Shown here in pieces: positions 58,601 to 64,000 of a stretch of DNA of 64,000 bases. The notes under the pieces were generated by a model. It ran no database searches. It was not told where the DNA came from and saw nothing but the letters and a program-made list of their open reading frames with translations. The number at the start of each line of letters is the position of its first letter. The stretch's first letter is position 1. The stretch is from Paramoeba atlantica (lineage: Eukaryota > Protista > Discosea): assembly GCA_977017575.1 (NCBI GenBank), contig CDRNVI010000200.1:4133-68132 (forward strand). The letters run 5' to 3'. Made by a program: the position numbers and the translations under genes.

Positions 58601-60145
58601 AACTAAAGAAAAAAAAAAGAACTGAGATAATGTCTAAACATTCAAAAAAAATTCAAAAATTCAAAAAGAAGAACCTCTTTTGTAGATAGTTTACAAAGAG
58701 CACGAAAGATGAGAAAACAATCATGAAAAATAACATCTGAGTCATCATTTTGCAATAAATCAGGCATTGGAGTAACAGTCAATTCTGGAGATATCTCAGG
58801 TATTTTTTTTTGGTTCAATTTTAATGGAGATAATGATCGAGATCCGGATCTTGGAGAAGAGAGAGGTGAAGAGATTGGCGAAGAGACAGGAGAAGAGATT
58901 GGAGACAAGGGAGGAGACATCGCGAGAGAAGAGAGTTCATCTTCCCCGTTTTCTTCTTCACCATCCTCATCTCCAGGTACTTTGGGTTCTTTAGGCTTTT
59001 TCTTTTCTGCTGCTTCCTTATTTTCATCCTTTTCTTCTTTGTTTTCTCCCTCTTTGTCTTCACTTTTGGTTTCTTCTTCTTCTTTTTCTTCTTTTGTTTT
59101 GAAGAGCCCCAAAGACTGAAACACACTATCAACAACAGACTTTGCCAAAGCAGCTGCTTGCTTTCCCTCTTCACTTTCTTCTTCTGATTCATCCTCCATG
59201 TTAACCTTCAGTTCACCTGTACAAACAGTTTCCATCCGAGCAAAAATAATATTGAGAATCTGTGTAAGTGTGGCTTTGGATGTTGTTTGATTCACTGGGT
59301 TTCGAGACATCAAATAAATGTTGTAGCATGTCCTAACTGCAATCATGAGAGTTTCTGAGTGAACCCCACAAGATGGTGTTGTGACTGATGTTAAGAGTGC
59401 TGTTGATAAAATTCAGTGATGATGAGTTTTTTGTTTTGAAGAATTTCATTTTCCTCCTTAAAAAAAAGGGAAGAAAAGAAAAGGAAAAAAAAAAACCTTT
59501 GATAATTTGGAGTTGGACAGCGTCATCAGGAAAATCAAAACATGAACTCACGGTTTCAACAACTGTTTCAATCAATTTTTTCCCTCTTTTCTCACCAGAC
59601 ATATCAGGTAATTCTCCTCTGATAAATCCATAGGCCATCAATTTCTGGAAAAGTATTTTTGAATTTGGGATTAATTCAAAAGAATTAATTGATTCGAAAA
59701 AAAAAATAACAAGAAGAAAAATCAAATGAGAAAGTGATTGAAAAAACCTGTAAAGAATCTAAAGAAGCACACATAATATCAGGGACAGAAGATTGGCAAC
59801 CGAGACGAAGAGCAGAAACAGAAACATTCGCAAGTGTGATCAGTTCGGTTTGGCTTAATGGTGCTTTTGACGCTTTCCTTTGTTTGTGTAATTTTTGAAC
59901 CAAACCTGCAGCAAAAAAGAGAGAGAAGGGAGATTAAATATGTTTTTTTAAATTACTTTAAATATTTAAATTTGTGAGGGAGAAAAGAAAGGGAAAGAAA
60001 TTGAATTGAAATTACAACAACAACCTAAAGCAATTTCGCACTCTTCTCTGAGTTTGGGATGCTTCTGACGAGGAGCATGGCGAAGGATTTTTTCCAACCC
60101 TCTCGTCAAGAACATATCAACTGTTCCCTTACCTTCTTCACCCAT
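48863..60145 (-). CDS. BIG/Sec7-family large ARF guanine-nucleotide exchange factor, many exons
   Basis: N-terminus [14 protein letters not shown] ([27 protein letters not shown]), HUS (IFLNYDCD), Sec7 ([12 protein letters not shown]; [19 protein letters not shown]; [12 protein letters not shown]), HDS motifs ([34 protein letters not shown]) and C-terminal YPFFCDLL...EIRAEV. The 3' end is approximate. Confidence 0.92.
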
Positions 60146-60386
60146 TTTGCGTCTCAAAAAAACGTCTCTTGGGAAAAAAAAAGAAGGGAAGAAGAGAAGA
60201 AGAAGAGTTTTTCTGTGCACTGAAAAAAGAAAAGGGAAAGAAGAAGGAAGCACAGAAAAACGAACTCGAAAAAGGAAAAGAAAAGGGCGCCAATTTTTGG
60301 CCGATCAATGACGTGTCACTCCCAATTTGATTTGAACGAAAAGCTAAATCTAAATTAGGAGATCGAGGACCCTTGATCGATCTCAA

Positions 60387-61232
60387 TCAGTATCTAAAAT
60401 TGGTAATGTAACAAGATCCTTTTCCAAAAAAAGACCCCACGGATGGAGGTTTTTGGTAATAATCAAAGGTTTTGGTGTGGTGGTGACTTGCTCTCATTTG
60501 GCAAATTAATTTAAATGGAAAACTTCCAAAACAATTATTACTTCCAAATGAATTATGACTTTCACCGTTTTCCCTTTCTTTGAAAGAAAGAAAAGGGAAG
60601 ACCATAAAAGAACCCAACCACTCGAAACAAGAAAGAAAGAAGTTCAAATGATTGATGAAGATTTTCTTTATGTTCATGGAAGTGTTTTTTGGGTCAGTTT
60701 GGTTTTTCAACAGTGTCTCAAAAAAAGACCAGACAATAAACCACAGACAATTGAACAAAAATATTCTCCAGGGCCCAACGAACCCCAAAAGATAGGAGAA
60801 GTGGGGTTTGGTTCATCCCATCCAAGGGAGTGAAAAGGAAGAAAGAAACTAGATACCTGTATTTTTAGTCACCCCTTTACACTCTTCAAGTGACTTAGAA
60901 GAGGTATCGAACCTATTTCCATGTTGGTCTGGAAGGAAGGAAAGAAACAAGGAGAGAGGAAATAAGCAAAGTGACAGTTTCGTGAAAAAGTAACTTTGAG
61001 GGGGTGTTTTTTGCGCTTTCTGCTGGAAGGCGGTAAAGTGGCAACTGAAAAAGGTTGTTTTGATTGAGCGGCAAAGGATCATTTCGCGACCAAATACCTT
61101 CGTACTCTTTGGGTCTATAAGTTCTTTATTTTCGCCTGAAAAAAGGTCATTTATCAGCTCGAAAAGGTATTGATCAAAAAGGTCCTTGAAAGAATTCGTA
61201 ACATACCTTCCGAAAGCGCAAAACATTCCCAA
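60387..61232 (-). CDS. Hypothetical multi-exon protein
   Basis: Complex-sequence exon-like segments (MGMFCAFGRYVTNSFKDLFDQYLFELIND...; DQHGNRFDTSSKSLEECKGVTKNT; ...HHHTKTFDYYQKPPSVGSFFGKGSCYITNFRY*) are separated by intron-like tracts. No family recognised. Confidence 0.35.
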
Positions 61233-61288
61233 TTTTTCTTCCCTAAATTTGGGTAAAAATGGCTATTAAGGGTTCTAAAGGGCGGCTA

Positions 61289-61404
61289 AACGCTTTATTT
61301 AGCTTCAAAACGTTTATTTAGCTTCATTTTAGAGGACCAGAATCCCTTGTTCGCCGTACAAAGTCACACGCGTCTATTTAAGTCACACGTGTGTCACACG
61401 CGAA
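61289..61404. promoter_or_regulatory. Putative promoter with repeated GTCACACG motif
   Basis: GTCACACG occurs at 61363, 61382 and 61393, including a CACACGTGTG palindrome. CG(C)TTTATTTAGCTTCA is duplicated at ~61291 and ~61311. The block lies between divergently oriented ORFs. Confidence 0.35.
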
Positions 61405-61487
61405 GGTTTTTTTACCAGAACGTGACCCCTGTTGAAAGTCGTAATTTTCTCGTTTTCTCGCTTAAAAATCTAAGAAACTTTTTTTGA

Positions 61488-61619
61488 ATGGTAATGACTC
61501 TCTTCATCGCTGTATTCGAAACTATCTTCTCCTTGGTTGAGAAGTCCGTTGGATCTCTTCCTCACGAGGATTACTTCTCCTGGGAAGACGAAATTGAATA
61601 TGTTTCCGCTGACAACTAA
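61488..61619 (+). CDS. Small 43-aa ORF (hydrophobic N-terminus, acidic C-terminus)
   Basis: MVMTLFIAVFETIFSLVEKSVGSLPHEDYFSWEDEIEYVSADN*, in non-repetitive sequence just downstream of the motif cluster. Confidence 0.25.
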   Translation: MVMTLFIAVFETIFSLVEKSVGSLPHEDYFSWEDEIEYVSADN

Positions 61620-61621
61620 AC

Positions 61622-61990
61622 TCATTGAAAACGCGCGCTTCTTATGGGGCTTGAGGAACTTCTCTTGTGGTTTTCGGGAATAAGATACGTTAACGTGTAT
61701 GTTTTGCCTTTGTCGCTTTTTGAGTCTCCTGAGTCTCTCTTATTTAACTGCGTTTTTTTGGGTTGTTGTTCGCGATATTCCATCGTTTTTTGGGGGTTGT
61801 ACATAGATGTTTTGGCATCTTTTGATGTTGTATTTGTTGTATTTGTTTGGAAAGCTTTGTTCAGATGATTTTTGTCTTGTTGTTGGTGTTGGAGGAGGAG
61901 TTGTAAATACTCGAGGAGTTTGTTTTGTACCCGGTTCGGGGGGATGGATGGATGCAGTTTTCCTTTTGTCAAACTGTAAATATTTTTCAT
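61622..61990 (-). CDS. Hypothetical hydrophilic exon
   Basis: A 122-codon open frame in complex sequence, preceded by a purine-rich (intron-like) tract. No family recognised and the start is unresolved. Confidence 0.25.
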   Translation of the reverse strand: MKNIYSLTKGKLHPSIPPNRVQNKLLEYLQLLLQHQQQDKNHLNKAFQTNTTNTTSKDAKTSMYNPQKTMEYREQQPKKTQLNKRDSGDSKSDKGKTYTLTYLIPENHKRSSSSPIRSARFQ

Positions 61991-62445
61991 CTCTTTTCTC
62001 TTTTTTTTCCTTTTTCTCCTGGTGTTTTTTTTTTCTTTTTCTTCGTATGGAAGAAACGAGTGAAAAAAATTCGCGCTGACCTATCGCCTCCATCTTCTTC
62101 TATTCTGTTACCTCTTTTCCCCCCCCCCCCACCTCCGAACCCCATCCTGCGCACACACACCATCCATTCTCATCCGCTGTGTTGTATGTTGTAAAAAATC
62201 ATAAATTTAAATCTAATTTAATGATTCCAATCTGACTTTAGTTTATTTTTTTTTTCCTTCACTTTTGAAGAAATTTTTCAACCGACACACAGAAAGGAGA
62301 GAATCCCCCTTTCTTGGCACGACATGACCGTTTGTTTTAGGGGTCTTGATTTGGCCAATTTTTCACTGAGGCTCAACTTGATTTTTCACCACCCCAAAAA
62401 TTCTGAATAATATTTTTTTTTTTTTGCTCCTCGTTTGAAGGCGAA

Positions 62446-63262
<817 letters not shown>

Positions 63263-63815
63263 AAAGGAGAAGAGAGAGATCTCTTGTTTTTAGGAGGGTG
63301 TTGGTGTGTGTGTGGAGAGTGGGGGAAGTATTTATGGAGTGAAAGGGGGCTTTTATTTTTGATAAATCCTGCGTTTCTTTCTTCCTTCTTGTCCATTTTT
63401 TTTGGTTTCTTTTTTTTGAGGGGAGGGAGGGGACATATTTTCTTCCCTCGGAAAAACTTCATCTCTCACTCATCTTTCAAAAAAATCTCTCCCAGCTCGA
63501 GAGAGCGGAGAGAAGGTCAGAAAAGAAGCCAACGATTTTAGGGATCCAACCCCAAAAATCGTGGAAAGGAAAAACACACAAAAAAAGAGAAAAAACAAGA
63601 AAGGAGAGAAGGAAATCGATTTATGTGTCTCTCGAAAAAAGATGTTGCTAAATCACTTTTTCAATCCGACATTTTGTCAGTAAATTGAAGAGGGAGAAAG
63701 AAGAAGAATACAACGGTAGGAAGGAGGGGGGGGTAACGACGGAGAGAAGGAATCACTTGAAAGATTGATCGTTGGCTCTGAAGGTATATCAAAATGTTTT
63801 TCCAGATTTCTTTGT

Positions 63816-63879
63816 TTAACAACACCCATCCTTTTCTGGTGGAGGTGCATTTCCCCCTCCTGGACGAAAGGTGTCGGCC
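63816..63879 (-). CDS. Possible last exon of a gene extending beyond the window, ending in a CC prenylation-type motif
   Basis: After a poly-T/AG acceptor: ADTFRPGGGNAPPPEKDGCC*. Terminal GCC resembles Rab geranylgeranylation sites. Upstream exons could not be linked. Confidence 0.3.
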
Positions 63880-64000
63880 CTAAAAAAAAAAAAAAGGAAT
63901 GCTCAATACCTCCAGAATAAACTTTTTTTCGTTCAAATCTTAGTCACAAACAAAAAACATTCAAGACATTATCCAACTGCTGTGGTTTCCCTCACTCTTT

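Noticed and set aside
63620-63830. F-box-like reading LNKEIWKNILIYL on the minus strand
   Set aside because: It overlaps an alternative frame ending in GCC*, with no start or splice support. It is more likely 3' UTR or chance.

Overview
AT-rich, intron-rich microbial eukaryote DNA using the standard code and GT-AG introns with long polypyrimidine tracts. The Clu-type and RasGEF gene content is reminiscent of Amoebozoa, but the sequence does not prove the taxon. Most ORFs in the supplied track are low-complexity artefacts (F/L/S or K/R/E runs). The window has two halves. (1) About 1-25.8 kb is gene-poor and repeat-rich: degenerate local duplications, a 5'-truncated poly(A)-tailed non-LTR retrotransposon of the restriction-like-endonuclease type, a ~92-bp minisatellite interrupted by a 586-bp TIR element, a short (CCCTAAA)n telomere-type tract, and a Ty3/Gypsy-like gag-pro fragment truncated at the start of RT. 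Both retroelements keep their reading frames almost intact but carry CGA>TGA-type stops, and the non-LTR fragment has lost its CpGs. (2) About 25.9-64 kb is compact and gene-rich: an ankyrin gene, a GT47/exostosin glycosyltransferase, histone folds, glutaminyl cyclase, a tyrosine-phosphatase-like protein, a membrane protein, an M28 aminopeptidase, a Clu/RasGEF multidomain protein, a BIG/Sec7 ARF-GEF and a ubiquitin E2. The most striking observation is at 29724-30641 (-). An H2B fold is joined through a phase-0 GT-AG intron to an H2A.Z-like fold that has no usable start codon of its own. This predicts a single ~206-aa, nearly tailless H2B-H2A(.Z) doublet histone, the same domain order as giant-virus doublet histones, here in an intron-containing nuclear gene.
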